From: Mobula hypostoma
Lineage: Eukaryota
Length of the DNA: 64,000 nucleotides
Direction: 5' to 3'
NCBI RefSeq assembly: GCF_963921235.1
Contig: NC_086097.1
Coordinates: 239,942,001-240,006,000 of the forward strand
The notes below the pieces were generated by a model. That model saw only the letters and a list, made by a program, of their open reading frames with translations, was not told where the DNA came from and did not search any database. Positions 24,255 to 36,120 of the stretch are shown one piece after another. A program made the position numbers and the translations under genes. Positions within the stretch are counted from its first letter, which is position 1. Each line of letters opens with the position of its first letter.

Positions 24255-25905
24255 GTAATCTATGATGTGGATCCAAAAGAGATGGGGGAGAGCTTAAATA
24301 GATTTAATGCATCTGTATTTACTCGGGAGGTTAACACAGAGTCCATAGAAGTGGCACGTGTTGGGCACGTGGCCAAGTGGTTAAGGCGTTCGTCTAGTGA
24401 TCTCAAGGTTGCTAGTTCTGCCTTTGTTTGTGCCCTTGAGCAAGGCACTTAATCACATATTGCTCTAGTCTGTGCGAGGAGTGGCGCCCCACACAGACTT
24501 CCAAACTGCGCCTTGTAAGGCATGAAAATGCCCGACGCAGGCCTCTCATAATCTAAGTCGACGTTCCCTCCTCCCCCATAGAAGTGAGGCAATGCAGGAG
24601 TAAAGTCATGGGCTCTATACTGATTACAGAGGAGGAGGTGTTTGCTGTCTTGAGGCAAATTAGGGTGGATAAATACCCAGGGCCTGACAAGGTGTTCCCT
24701 CAGACCCTGTGGGAATCAAGTGCAGAGATTCCGATGGCCCCAGCAGAGATATTTAAAACATCCTTAGCCACGAATGAGGTGTTAGTGGATTGGAGGAAAG
24801 CTAATGTTGTTCCATTGTTTAAAAAACGCTGTATGAATAAGCCAGGAAATTATTGGCTGGTGAGCCTGACATCAGTACTGGGAATGTTAGTGGAAGGTAT
24901 TCAGAGGGACTGGATATATTCAGTAAATATTTGGAGAGGGACTAATTAAGGATAGTCCACATTGCTTTGTGTGGGGTAGGATGTGTCTGAATGATTTTAT
25001 AGTTTTTTGAGGAAATTATTAGGAAAATTGATGAAAGCAAGGCAGTGAATGTTGTCTACATGGACTTTAGCAACATGTTTGACAAAGTCCCACATAGGAG
25101 GTTGGTCAAGAAGGTTCAGTCATTTGGCATTCCAGATGAGGGAGCAAATTAGATTAGACCTTGGTTTTGCACTTTGGATGGCCAACCAGGGTAGGCCTTA
25201 CACAATGAATGACAGGGCATTGAGGACTGTGGTAGAATAGAGGGATATGGGAAGACAGGTCTGTAATTCCTTGAAAGTGGTAACACAGGTAGACAGGTTC
25301 GTAAAGAAAGCTTTTGCAACATTAGTTCTCATAATTCAATATATTGAGTGAAGGAATTGGGATCTTGTGTTGAAGTTGTATAAGACAGTAGAGTGGCCTA
25401 ATCTGGAGTATTGTGTCCAGTTTTGGTCACAGGAACTATGTAAATGGATTGAAAGAGTGCAGAGAAAATCTACAAGGATGTTGCTGGGACTTGAGGACCT
25501 GAGTAATGTGGAAAAGTTGAATAGATTAAGACTTTATTACCTGGAACATAGAACATATAGGGAGATCTGATTTAAGGTTAGAAATTATAGGGGGTATACA
25601 TAGATTTTACACTGAGGTTTGATGAGACTACAACTAGAGTCATGGGTTAAGGGTGAAAGGTGAAATGCTGAAGGGAGGAGGAGGAACCTCTTCACACAGA
25701 GGGTGGTGAGAATGTGGAATGAGCTGCCAGTGCAAATGGTGGATGCAGGTTCACTTTTAACATCTAAGAGAAATTTTGATAGGTACATCGATGAGAGGAA
25801 TATAGAAGGCTATGGTCCAGGTGCAGGTTGATCGGTCTAAACAGACTACTAGTTCTGCATCGAATAGATGGTTCGAAGGACTGTAATGTTCTATGACTCT
25901 GTGAC
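24255..25905 (+). mobile_element. old CR1 LINE fragment containing a SINE
   Basis: KYPGPD, DWRKANVVPLFKK, LTSVLG, LYKT..WPNLEYCVQFWS. Confidence 0.85.
24354..24575 (+). mobile_element. tRNA-derived SINE (same head as 23144, different body)
   Basis: GGCACGTGGCCAAGTGGTTAAGG head; TSD CCATAGAAGTG (24343-24353 and 24576-24586). Confidence 0.85.
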
Positions 25906-26877
25906 ACTATGTGCTGATTGCAGCCCACGAGCGTTGCCACCATTTTGTTCCATTTTAGACAATAGACAATAGACAATAGGTGCAGGAGTAGGCCATTCAG
26001 CCCTTCGAGCCAGCACCACCATTCACTGTGATCATGGCTGATCATCCACAATTAGCATTTTGTACAAAAGCCTGATGGTTGAGGGGTAGTAACTGCTTTT
26101 GAACCTGGCGGTGCGAGTCCTGAGGCTCTTGTATCTTCTTGATGGCAGCAGTGAGAAAAGAGTACTGCCTGGATAGTGAGGATGCTGATTTCTGCAGCAA
26201 CGATTCATATAGATGTGCTCATTGGTTGGGAGGGTTTTCCCCGTGATGTACTAGGCCAAATCCACTACCTTTTGTCAGATCTTGTGCTCAAATATATTGC
26301 TGTCTACTAGCAGAGAGAATTGGGGAACTATGTACTTCATTCCCCAAAGTAATTTATTTTATCACCATCACATATCCTTGCACGTAGGTAAGCAATAAGA
26401 GGCTTCTTGATTGTAATCATATTTCACATTTTTTTTGTTGCGTTAAGATTTTATATGCAATTATTAGTGATTTCAGTACACTATTGCCTTGTTTAGAATT
26501 GATCAGATGATTTCAGAATTTTAATGAACGTGAAATATTCTCTTCTTGGTAATACACCTAAATAAAATTTCAATTGCCTTATTTACTCTCTGAAATTGAT
26601 CAAAAGCACATTGAATAGCAGGCAGAGAATTGGGTAGCAAACTAAATAAAGTGAAAAACACAATTAAATCATTATCTTTTGTTGGTTATTCGCAATCCTT
26701 ATATTTAGTGAGCTGTACATTATACTTAATGAGGTGAAAAATCTTCTGCTTAATTCTTCTAACTAAATATTTTTCAGGTGACCAATTTTCTTGTGAAGCT
26801 AGTGAAAAACTTAGTGGTCCCACTTAAGGCGCAAGCTGAATATAAAAATTTCCAGCTGCTCCAGTATTGCAGAGTTC

Positions 26878-27320
26878 TTAACACACGCAAAATGCTGGAG
26901 GAACTCAGCTGGTCAGGCAGCATCTATGGAAATGTGTAGACGGTTGATGTTTCTGGCCGAGACCCTTCTTCTGGACACAGAAGGAAGGGGGAATACGCAA
27001 GAATAAAAATGTTGCTGCGGGGGAAGGAGGCTAGCTGGAAGGTGATGGGTGAAGCCAAGTGGGTTGGAAAGGAAAAGGGCTGGAGAGGAAGGAGAGAAGA
27101 GTGGATCATTGGAGGAAGAGAAGAAGGAGGGGACCCAGGGGGAAGTGACAGGCAGGAGAGAAGAGGTAGAAGGTCCAAGTGGGGAACAGAGGAAGAGGGG
27201 AGGGGGAATATTTTTATTAGAAGGAGAAATTGATATTCGTACCATCAGGTTGGAGCGTACCTAGATGAATTATAAGGTGTTGCTCCTCTACTCTGAGTGT
27301 GGCCTCATCTTGTGCCAACT
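26878..27320 (-). mobile_element. older Penelope-like 3' end with decayed hammerhead (26942-26977)
   Basis: EEQHLI..LG.LQPDG.NI GIY-YIG C-terminal motif, pyrimidine tract and terminal block. Similar fragments at 13225-13437(+), 29270-29470(-), 40630-41090(-), 62520-63235(+) and 63800-64000(+). Confidence 0.8.
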
Positions 27321-27752
27321 GTCCTTTCAGTGCAACCCACTTTACTCCTATGGAATGTAACCCAATTCCAAAATTGACCTCATCGAAGATGTAGAACGCT
27401 GAAAGATGCTGTGAAAGGGGAGGATGCTCTAAGGATTTTTGATTGGTCAGGGCATGAAGAGATATGGGGAGAAGGCAGGAGTTTGGGACTGAGAAGAAAA
27501 TTGGATCTGCCATGATGAAATGGCAGAGCAGACTCAATGGGCCAAATGGTTTAATTCTGCTCCTAGACCTTATGGTTTTATGATTGTTTGCCATTTTAGC
27601 GAGAGCATTACTAAGGATTAAGGTCTACTGAAAAAGGTAGATTATTCAGGAGATGAGGAGTCATAGAATAATAGTGCATTACAGCACAGAAATAGGCTAT
27701 TCAGCCCAATATGCCTTGCCAATCTGTTATTCTCCCATGCCCTATTAACTTA

Positions 27753-29021
27753 CAGTACTATGCAACGGTCTTAGACACATATATATGGCTAGGGTGCCTA
27801 AGACATTTGCACAGCCAGTAATTTTACATATTGCCCTGTATCGCTGCAAAAAAAAGTTAATGACATAGGTGAGTGATGATAAAACTGATTCTGATCTATG
27901 TCTCTGTTCTGGACTGAAAGTGAGAAGGGGGCAGGGAGGGAGCAGGGAATCATGGTTGGGAAAAGGGGAAGGGAGAGGGGAGGGAGTGGGAAGCACCAGA
28001 GAGTCATTCTGCATTGATCAATAAGTCAATTGTTCCAAATCAAAGTGACCTCGCCTGGTGTCTCAGGGTTGGGTCTGTCTGCACCCACACTACTCCCTTC
28101 CTCTGGCATTCCTTCTCTGCCACCTGCCCCAAACCCCTCCAGAACTGCTGCACCTTCACCATTCCCGACATCCTTTGTTCATGTCAGATTTACAGACTCA
28201 CTCTTCAAGTACAGTGCTGGTTCGTTGCGGAATCGATGCAGATGGATTGAGCCATTCAGAGAGGAGAAGTCGAGGCAGAGGCCCATACAGCTGGCCCAGG
28301 TGCGAGGCTGGATCACTCTGGGTGTCACGCCAGTTTAAAGAAATCGAGAATGGCTTCGGGCTGGGTGGCGAAATTTGGGCCCGGAGTGAGTCGCTGGGTG
28401 GCATGGTCTAGGCCCGGAACCTTTTGCTGCAGCACTGCCTAGGTCCTAGGACAAGGTGCAATATGCTGTTTGAACAATTTAAGTGCCAGCCCAGATAGAT
28501 TGGAAAGATAGGGTGTCGGGATTGGAGGCGAGATCTAATTTCACTAGCTGTCCCATGATATTCACTTCTCTCTCCATGGTGCTGAGGCTATGAAGACTGC
28601 CCCGGCTGCTGTGCCCCCAGCCCACTAATATAGTGACCTGATAAGTGAGGCTTTGGACCTACCTTGGGCTGCCCCGTAGTTCAGATCTGTCCTGACGAAG
28701 GGTCTCGGCCTGAAACGTCGACTGCACCTTTTCCTACAGATGCTGCTTGGCCTGCTGCGTTCACCAGCAACTTTGATGTGTGTTGCTTCAGATCTGAGTA
28801 ATCATTTTGGTTCGGAATGTTGTTACTCATTTCTATTGTTTGCATGATCCGTTTCTTTTTCTCTCTCATTGGGGGGGGGTTGGCCTTTTTGTTTAAACTG
28901 GGGTTCTCTCGGGTTTCTTGCTATGTGGCAAACAAATCTCAAGGTTGTATAATTTATACATTCTTTGATAATAAATGTACTTTGAAACTTGAAATTGTGC
29001 AAAATGTTAGGCACAGTACTG
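27753..29021 (+). mobile_element. composite Tc1-like MITE copy with nested insertions
   Basis: Hairpin MITE at 27753-27818 and cargo to ~28210. The second MITE is split by an insertion at ~28216-28995 and resumes as TGTGCAAAA..GCACAGTACTG|TA. Confidence 0.6.
28689..28723 (+). ncRNA. minimal type I hammerhead ribozyme motif in a ~97-bp TSD-flanked Penelope mini-insertion
   Basis: GTC CTGACGA A GGGT-CTCG-GCCT GAAA CG TC|GAC; predicted cleavage after 28719. TSD TTCAGATCTG (28680-28689 and 28787-28796). Confidence 0.8.
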
Positions 29022-29538
29022 TATGCTGTATCAGTGAGTCTGTTTAAGGCCGAGATTGATAGGGTTTTCACCAGCGAAGGATACAAGGGTCATTGGAGCC
29101 TGAAGGGAACATCATCTTTGGTGAAGGACTGGCTGTCATCCCATTCAATGGCAAAGCTTCTGTTCCTTACATTATTTACTCATTCTGAAAACAATGTTGA
29201 ACTGTGATAGCAAAGAGGAGGGACTTGTACACAAAAACAGAAGATCGGTGAAGGTGTTATGGAATGCTGGTCATAAACTCGAGAAATTCTGCAGATGTTG
29301 GAAATCCTGAGTAACAAAGCCCAGGAGGAAAGCAACGAGTCAGGCAATATCTATGGAAATCAATAAACAGTTGACGTTTCGGGCCAAGACCCTTTCTCAA
29401 GACTGAGAAGGAAGGGGCAAGATGCCAGAATAAAAAGGTGGTTGGGGGGAGGGGGGGGAGGAGAGGGAGGATAGTTAGAATGTGCTGGTCTCCTGAACTT
29501 TGAAGCTTTGCCTTTTTATCCAAACCAATCTCAGAATA

Positions 29539-30121
29539 CAGGTGTCCCCCGCTTTACGAAAGTTCGCTTTACTCCACTTCGCTTTTACAAATGACCTACG
29601 TTACTACCTGTTTTCGCTAACCGAAAGAAGTCCGAAGAGAATTTTTGCTTTTACGAAAAAAGGCGCCGGCTTTAAACTTGCATTTACCCTAAGAAAGACT
29701 ACCATAACCGTGAAGCCTTGCACGGGCAGGTGTGTACGCATGTGTGTACCTGCCGATTTTTTTTTCTACAAATCGCCTTTTTGGCTAAATCTTCCCAATT
29801 CTGGTAAGTGAAACTACACTGTACATACATTATTTCTACTTTATATAGAAAAAGGCATCCGCTTTAAACTTGTGTTTACCCCGAGAAAGATTACCATGAC
29901 CGTGAAGCCTTGAGCGGGCAGGTGTGTGTGCAAGCGTGTACGTGCCTTTTTTTAGGTTTTATGTGCTATTTAGTGTGATTTGGTAGGTTATTTTTTGGGT
30001 CTGGGAATGCTCAAAATTTTTTTCCATATAAATTAATGGAATTGTTTCTTCGCTTTACGCCATTTTGGCTTATGGAAGGTTTCATAGGAATGCTCTACTT
30101 TCAGATAGCGGGGGAAACCTG
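29539..30121. mobile_element. Tigger/pogo-like non-autonomous DNA transposon (MITE)
   Basis: TA|CAGGTGTCCCCCGCT ... AGCGGGGGAAACCTG|TA with an internal ~100-bp duplication. Related fragment at 13445-13805 in the opposite orientation. Confidence 0.8.
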
Positions 30122-30630
30122 TATTTGTGAAACCTCTGAGCATTTTTATCAGGTGGACTAATAAATGTTAGTACTAACTGGAAAAAGTATTCAGTAGCAA
30201 CAATGGATTAACAAATATAAAATGTTGGAGTGCATCACCATAGCTTAGCGGTTAGTGCAATGTTATTACAGCTTAGGTCATCGGAGTTCAATTACGGCAC
30301 CTTCCGTAAGGAGTTTGTACTTTCTCCCCGTAACTGCGTGGGTTTCCTCCGGGTGCTCCAGTTTCCTCCCAGTGGATTGTACTGGTCAGTAGGTTAATTG
30401 GCCATTGTAAATTGTCCTGTGATCAGACTAGGGTTAAGTAGATTGGTTGTCTTGGAGGCATGGCTCCATTGGTTGGAATAGCCTGATCTACACTGTATGT
30501 CTAAATAAACAAACAAACAAACAAATAAATAAAAACAACAGGAATTCTGCAGATGCTGGAAATTCAAGCAACACACATCAAAGTTGCTGGTGAACGCAGC
30601 AGGCCAGGCAGCATCTATAGGAAGAGGCGC

Positions 30631-30665
30631 AGTCGACGTTTCAGGCCGAGACCCTTCGTCAGGAC
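30631..30665 (-). ncRNA. minimal hammerhead ribozyme motif in a ~134-bp Penelope mini-insertion (30534-30667)
   Basis: Minus strand GTC CTGACGA A GGGTCTCGGCCT GAAACGTC|GACT. TSD ACAAATAAATAAA (30521-30533 and 30668-30680) in a SINE tail. Confidence 0.8.
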
Positions 30666-30811
30666 CGACAAATAAATAAATAAACTCAGCAGATCTGGCA
30701 GCATCTATGGAAAGGAATAAAGAGTCGTCGTTTCGGGCCGAGACCATCAAAAGATTCAAAAGGATTCAAAGTATATTTAATATCAAAGTGTGCATGCAGT
30801 ATACAATTCTG

Positions 30812-33000
30812 CCCTCATCGTCAAACTTGCAGATAAGGGGTGTGCTGCAGTAGTCTGGCCGACTGATCTCCACTTTGCTGAGGCCAGGCGATAACTCTCA
30901 GGCACCTCCTCTTACTTACCCCTCAAACAGAACCTCACTAAAGAGCAGCAGGCCACTCTCTGACCTTATTGACTCTGGGGATCTCCCATCCACTTCCAGC
31001 AACTCACCCTGCACCTCGATTTCTACCTCCTCCCCAAGATCAACAAGCCTGCCTGTCCAGGTAAACCCTCAGTTTCTGTTTGTTCCTGCCTCAATAAACT
31101 TGTATCTGCTTACCTCAACTCTCTTTTATTCCCCCCTAGTTCAGTTCCTTCCTACCTACATCCATGACACTTCTCATGCTCTGGATCTTTCCAATGAGTT
31201 CAAGTTCCCTGGTCCTGATCGTCTCCTTTTAACCATGGACGTCCAGTCCCTATACATCTCCATCCCCCATTACAAGGTCCTTAAAGCTCTCCGCATCCTT
31301 GTAGATAACAGACCCAATCTGTTCCCCTCCACCACCACTTTTCTCCGACTGGTAGAACTTGTCCTCACTCTCAATAATTTCTCCTTTGGCTTCTCTCACT
31401 TCCTCTAAACCAAAGTTGTAGCCATGGGCACTCACATGGGTCCCGTCTATTCCTGCCTTTTTATTGGCAACATGGAACAGTCTATGTTTCAAGCCTGCAC
31501 CGGTATCAATCCCCAACTTTTTCCTGTGCTACATCAGTGACTACACTAGGGCTGCTTTCTGCACCCATGCAGAGCTCATCGATTTTGTCAACTTTGCCTC
31601 CAACTTCCACCCTGCCCTCAAATTTACCTGGTCCGTTTTGGACACCACCCTTCCCTTTCTCGATCTCTCTCTCTCTCTCTCTCTCTCTGGAGCCAGTTTA
31701 TCTACTGAAAACTTTTACAAACCCACTGGTTCTCATACCTACCTGGATTATACCTCTTCCCACCCTGTCACTTGTAAGAATGCCATTCCCTTCTCTCAGT
31801 TCCTTCGTCTTCTCCGCATCTGCTCTTAGGATGAGGCTATTCATTCCAGAACTAATGAGATGTCTTCCTCTTCAAAGAAAGGAGCCTTCCTTCCTCCGCC
31901 ATCAATGCTGCCTTCACCGGCACCTCAGCCATTTCACACACGTCTGCTTTCACCCCATCTTCCCACCGCCACACCAAAGGTAGAGTTCCTCTTGTCCTCT
32001 CCTTCTACCCAGTAGCCTCCGCATCCAGCATGTAATTCTCCGTAACTTCTGCCATCTCCAACGGATTCCATGACCAAGTACAGAATCAGGTTTATTATCA
32101 CCAGCATGTGACATGAAATTTGTTAACTTAGTAGCAGCAGTTCAATGCAATACATAATATAGAAGAAAAAAATAAAATAATAATAATAATAATAAATACA
32201 TAGGTAAATCTTATTCAGTATACTTTATACAGTATACGTATATTGAATAGATTAAAAATCGTGCAAAAAACAGAAATACTATATATTTTTTTAAAAAATG
32301 AAAATCTTTCCTTACCCCCAACTTTCTGCTTTCTGCAGGGATTGCTCCTTACATGATTCCCTTGTCCATTCATCCCTCCCCAATGATCTCCCTCCAGGTC
32401 TTATCCTTGCAAGAGGAACAAGTACCAAACCTAGCCCTACACCTCCTCCTTCACTACCATTCAGGCCCCCGAACAGTCCACACTTAGATCAGAGGAGCAA
32501 CACCTTATATTCAGTCTGGGTAGCCTCCAACCTGATGGCATGAACATTGAATTCTCGAACTTCCAGTAACTGTTCCCCGCCCCCCTCATCATTCCCATTC
32601 CTGTTTCCCTCCCTCACTTATCTCCTTACCAGCCCATCTCCTCCCTCTGGTGCTCCTCCCCTTTTCCTTTCTTCCATGGTCTTCTACCCTCTCGGATCAG
32701 ATTTTACTTCACCCTTCACCCTCTCTTGGTTTCACCCATCACCTACCACTCCTCCCCTCATCTTCTTGCTCGATCTTCTCATCTTTTTTCCCAGTCCTAA
32801 TGAAGGATCAATGGAAAAAAGACCCTTCATCAGAGTCTTGGGCCGAAACGACGACTATTTACTCTTTTCCATCGGTGCTGCCTGGCCTGCAGAGTTCCTC
32901 CAGCATTTTGTGTGTGTTACCAGCATCTGCAGATTTTCTCATTCTCATGTTTGTATCTGTCAGTCTGGATTTCCAGCATCTGCAGAATCCCTTATGTTTG
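30812..33000 (+). mobile_element. decayed Penelope-like element (RT, GIY-YIG remnant, 3' terminus); interrupted at ~32080-32300
   Basis: TMDVQSLYISIPH, ELVLTLNNFSF, AMGTHMGP, CYISD (YIDD), NFHPALKFTW, LPFLD, YKPT..HTYLDYTSSHP, IPFSQFLRL.RICS, EEQHLI..LGSLQPDGMNI. Confidence 0.9.
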
Positions 33001-33589
33001 TGGCAATTATATATCTACACTCACTTTGCTGGTTTCCAATGGTTTTTAATATTGAATTTGTCAGGTGAATGCTGATTTAGATTCAGGTTATTTATTAATC
33101 TCATGTACATCAAAATGTGTCATTTGCATTAATAACCGTCACAACATAAGGGTGTGCTGGTGGCAGCCCAGGAGAGTCGCCACACGTTCTAGTTCCAAAA
33201 ATGTTCAACATAACAATAAAAACAACTGTAGAACAACAGCAACAACAGCAACAAAGCCCCATTTTTCCCTCCCAGCCACCTACTCACACACACAGATTGT
33301 CCTCCAAACCCCATAGCAGGCCACCTCCAGGCTTCCAGTCATCAGTAAACTTGCAAAGTTGCTGGGGTTAGCTTATTAAGGCCATTGCATTCGTGCATTG
33401 GCCTTTTTTAGTTTACAATTGTACAATTCAAATTGTTCACATCTCTGGGGACGATGAAATATCTTATGAGCCTAGTACAGGTAGATAGTTCTTTTCCTAA
33501 GGAACCTCATGCTACAGGTGGTAGTTGCTTTAAAAGCATAGATTTAAACCGGTTCTCCCTGTCATAATTGTACTATAACAGGTTAACTT

Positions 33590-35385
33590 GCTGGTTGAGT
33601 CGGTGGTGGGGAGGGCAAATACAGTGCCAGCATTCATTTTGAGAGGACTAGAATATAAAAGCAAATATGTAATGCTGAAGTTTTATAAGGAATTGGTCAG
33701 ATAGCATTTGAAGTATTGTAAACAGTTTTAAGCCACTTGTCTAAGAAATGATGCGCTGGCATTGGAGGGAATCCAGAAGACGTTTCATCCAAGAACGAAA
33801 GCTTTAACATATGAGATGCATTTGATGGCTCTGGGCCTGTACTCGCTGTAGTTTAGAAGAATGAGGGGTGGATCTTATTGAAACCTATCAAATATTGAAA
33901 GGTCTATATAGTGTGGACATTGAAAGGTTGTTTTCTATAGTCGAGGACCAGAGGTCATATCCTCAAAATAGAAGGAAATCCCTTGAGGACAGAGATGAGG
34001 ACAAATTTCTTTAGCCAGACGGTGGAGAGTCATTGCCACAGATGACTCAGGAGGCCAAATTATATTAAAATTGGAGATCAATAGGTTGCTGATTAATAAA
34101 GCTGTGAAAGGTTACAGGGAGAAGGCGGAAGACTGGGGATGAGAGGGATAATAAATCAGCCATGATGGAAAGTGGAGTAGACTGAATGAGCTGATTGGTG
34201 TAAGAATGCTCCTATGTCTTATTGTCTTATAAAAGTATTAGCATAAATGGGTGGTTGATAGTCAACATGGATATGCATGGCCAATGGTTTATTTTTCTCT
34301 TGCATGTCTCTATTGTTTACCTGCACGGCACTTTCTCTGTAGTTATACTTTATTCTGCATTGTTATTGAATTACCTTGTTCTGTGCAAAGATCTAATCTG
34401 TATGAACAGTATGCAAGACAAGTTTTCATTGTATCTCGGTATATGTGACAATTATAAGGCTATACCATTTCCAATAAGAATTGAAGATCCTCTTGGTAAA
34501 GCAAGTTTAATTTAAGCTCCATCATTGGTTATAGTATTCGGAATGTCTAGAGTTTGAGCCCTGGAGTTCGAGATCCCATCATCGCTGAGTCCTAGGGTCA
34601 ATAATGAAGACAGATGCTGAAAGTTGATTGGAAGTCCAGAAGTCTTCCAGATAGAGTAGGACTTACACAATGAATGGCAGGGCCTCGAGGAGTGTGTTAG
34701 AACAAAGTAATCTGGGAATGCAGTTCCACAATTCCTTGGAAGTGACATCACAGGGTCATAAAGAGAACTTTTAGTATACTGGCTTTCATATATCAAAGTC
34801 TTGAGTACTGGAGTTGGGATGTTATATTGATGTTGCCAAAGACATTGAGGAGACCTAATTTGGAGTAATGTATGCAGTTCTGATCACCAATGTACAGGAA
34901 AGATATCAATAAGATTGAAAAAGTACTGAGAAAATTATAAGGATGTTGCTGGGGTTTGGAGACCTGAGTTATAGGGAAATACTGAATAGGTTAGAACTTT
35001 ATTCCCTGCAGCATAGGAGAATGAGGGGAGATTTGATAGAGGTTTACAAATTTATGAAGGGTAAATGCAAGCAGATAATTTCAACTGAGGGTATGTGAGG
35101 TGAGAACTAGAGGTCAGGGGTTAAGGGTGAAAGGTGAAATGTTTAAGAGGAACATGAACATGAAGGGGATCTTCTTCAATCAGAGGCTGGTGAAAGTGTG
35201 CAACAACCTGCCGGGGAAGTGATAGATGCGGATTTGGTTTCAGCATTTAAGAGAAGTTTGGACAGGTACACGGGTGGGAGCGATCTGGAGGGCTACGGTT
35301 CAGGTGCAAGTTGAAAAGACTAGGGTGAATAATATCTCAGCACAAACTAGATGTGCTAAAAGCTCTGTTTCTATGCTGTATGGCC
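33590..35385 (+). mobile_element. two old CR1 3' fragments
   Basis: Degenerate CR1 RT C-terminal motifs and tails at ~34225 and ~35380. Confidence 0.7.
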
Positions 35386-36030
35386 CATGGCCGAATCCCT
35401 CGGTTTGAGTGTCTGTGAGTCCGCTGGGGAAGTCAGCGGCCTGATATATGTGAGTCAGTGAGTGGGTGTCTGAGTGGATTGAAGGGAGGAAAGGGGTGTG
35501 TTGTACTGTTACTGTTTCATTGCTGTTGTTCTGCTGAACATTGTGGGCATGCTATGTTGGCAACAGAATGTATGGAGACCCTTGTGGGCTGCCCCCAGCA
35601 CATCCTTATCTTGTTCATGGAAACAATGCATTGCACTGGATGTTTTCATGTTTGTTTGTTTGTTATGTGCCATGTTGTATGGTGTGGGCGATGGTGGTCT
35701 GTCCACGACCATGGTTGTTCTTGCCAAATTTTTCTACAGAAGTGGTTTGCCATGCTGAAGGGTTTCGGCTCGAAAAATTGACTGTACTTTTTCCATCGAT
35801 GCTGTCTGGCTTGCTGAGTTCATCCAGCATTTTGTGTGTTGCCATTGCCACCTTCTGGGGCAGTGACTTTAGAAGACAGATGACCCCAGCCATTATCAAT
35901 ACTCTTCAGAGATTACCTGCCTGGTGTCGGTGGTCATATAACGAGAACTTGTGATATGCACCATATGCTCATATAACCATCTACTACCTGCTCCCATGGG
36001 TTCATGTGACTCTGATCTGGGGGACTAAGC

Positions 36031-36120
36031 AGGTGCTACACCTTGCCCAAGGGTAACCTGCAGGCTAGCAGAGGGAAGGAGCACCTTATACTTCCTTTGG
36101 GAGAGACGAACCTTCACCCC
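36031..36120 (-). ncRNA. weak HDV-like pseudoknot candidate at the 5' end of a short repeat
   Basis: P1 GGGGUGA/UUACCCU, P2 AGGUGCU/AGCACCU, P3 CCU/AGG, L3 begins UCCC. The catalytic C is not clearly placed. Confidence 0.3.
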
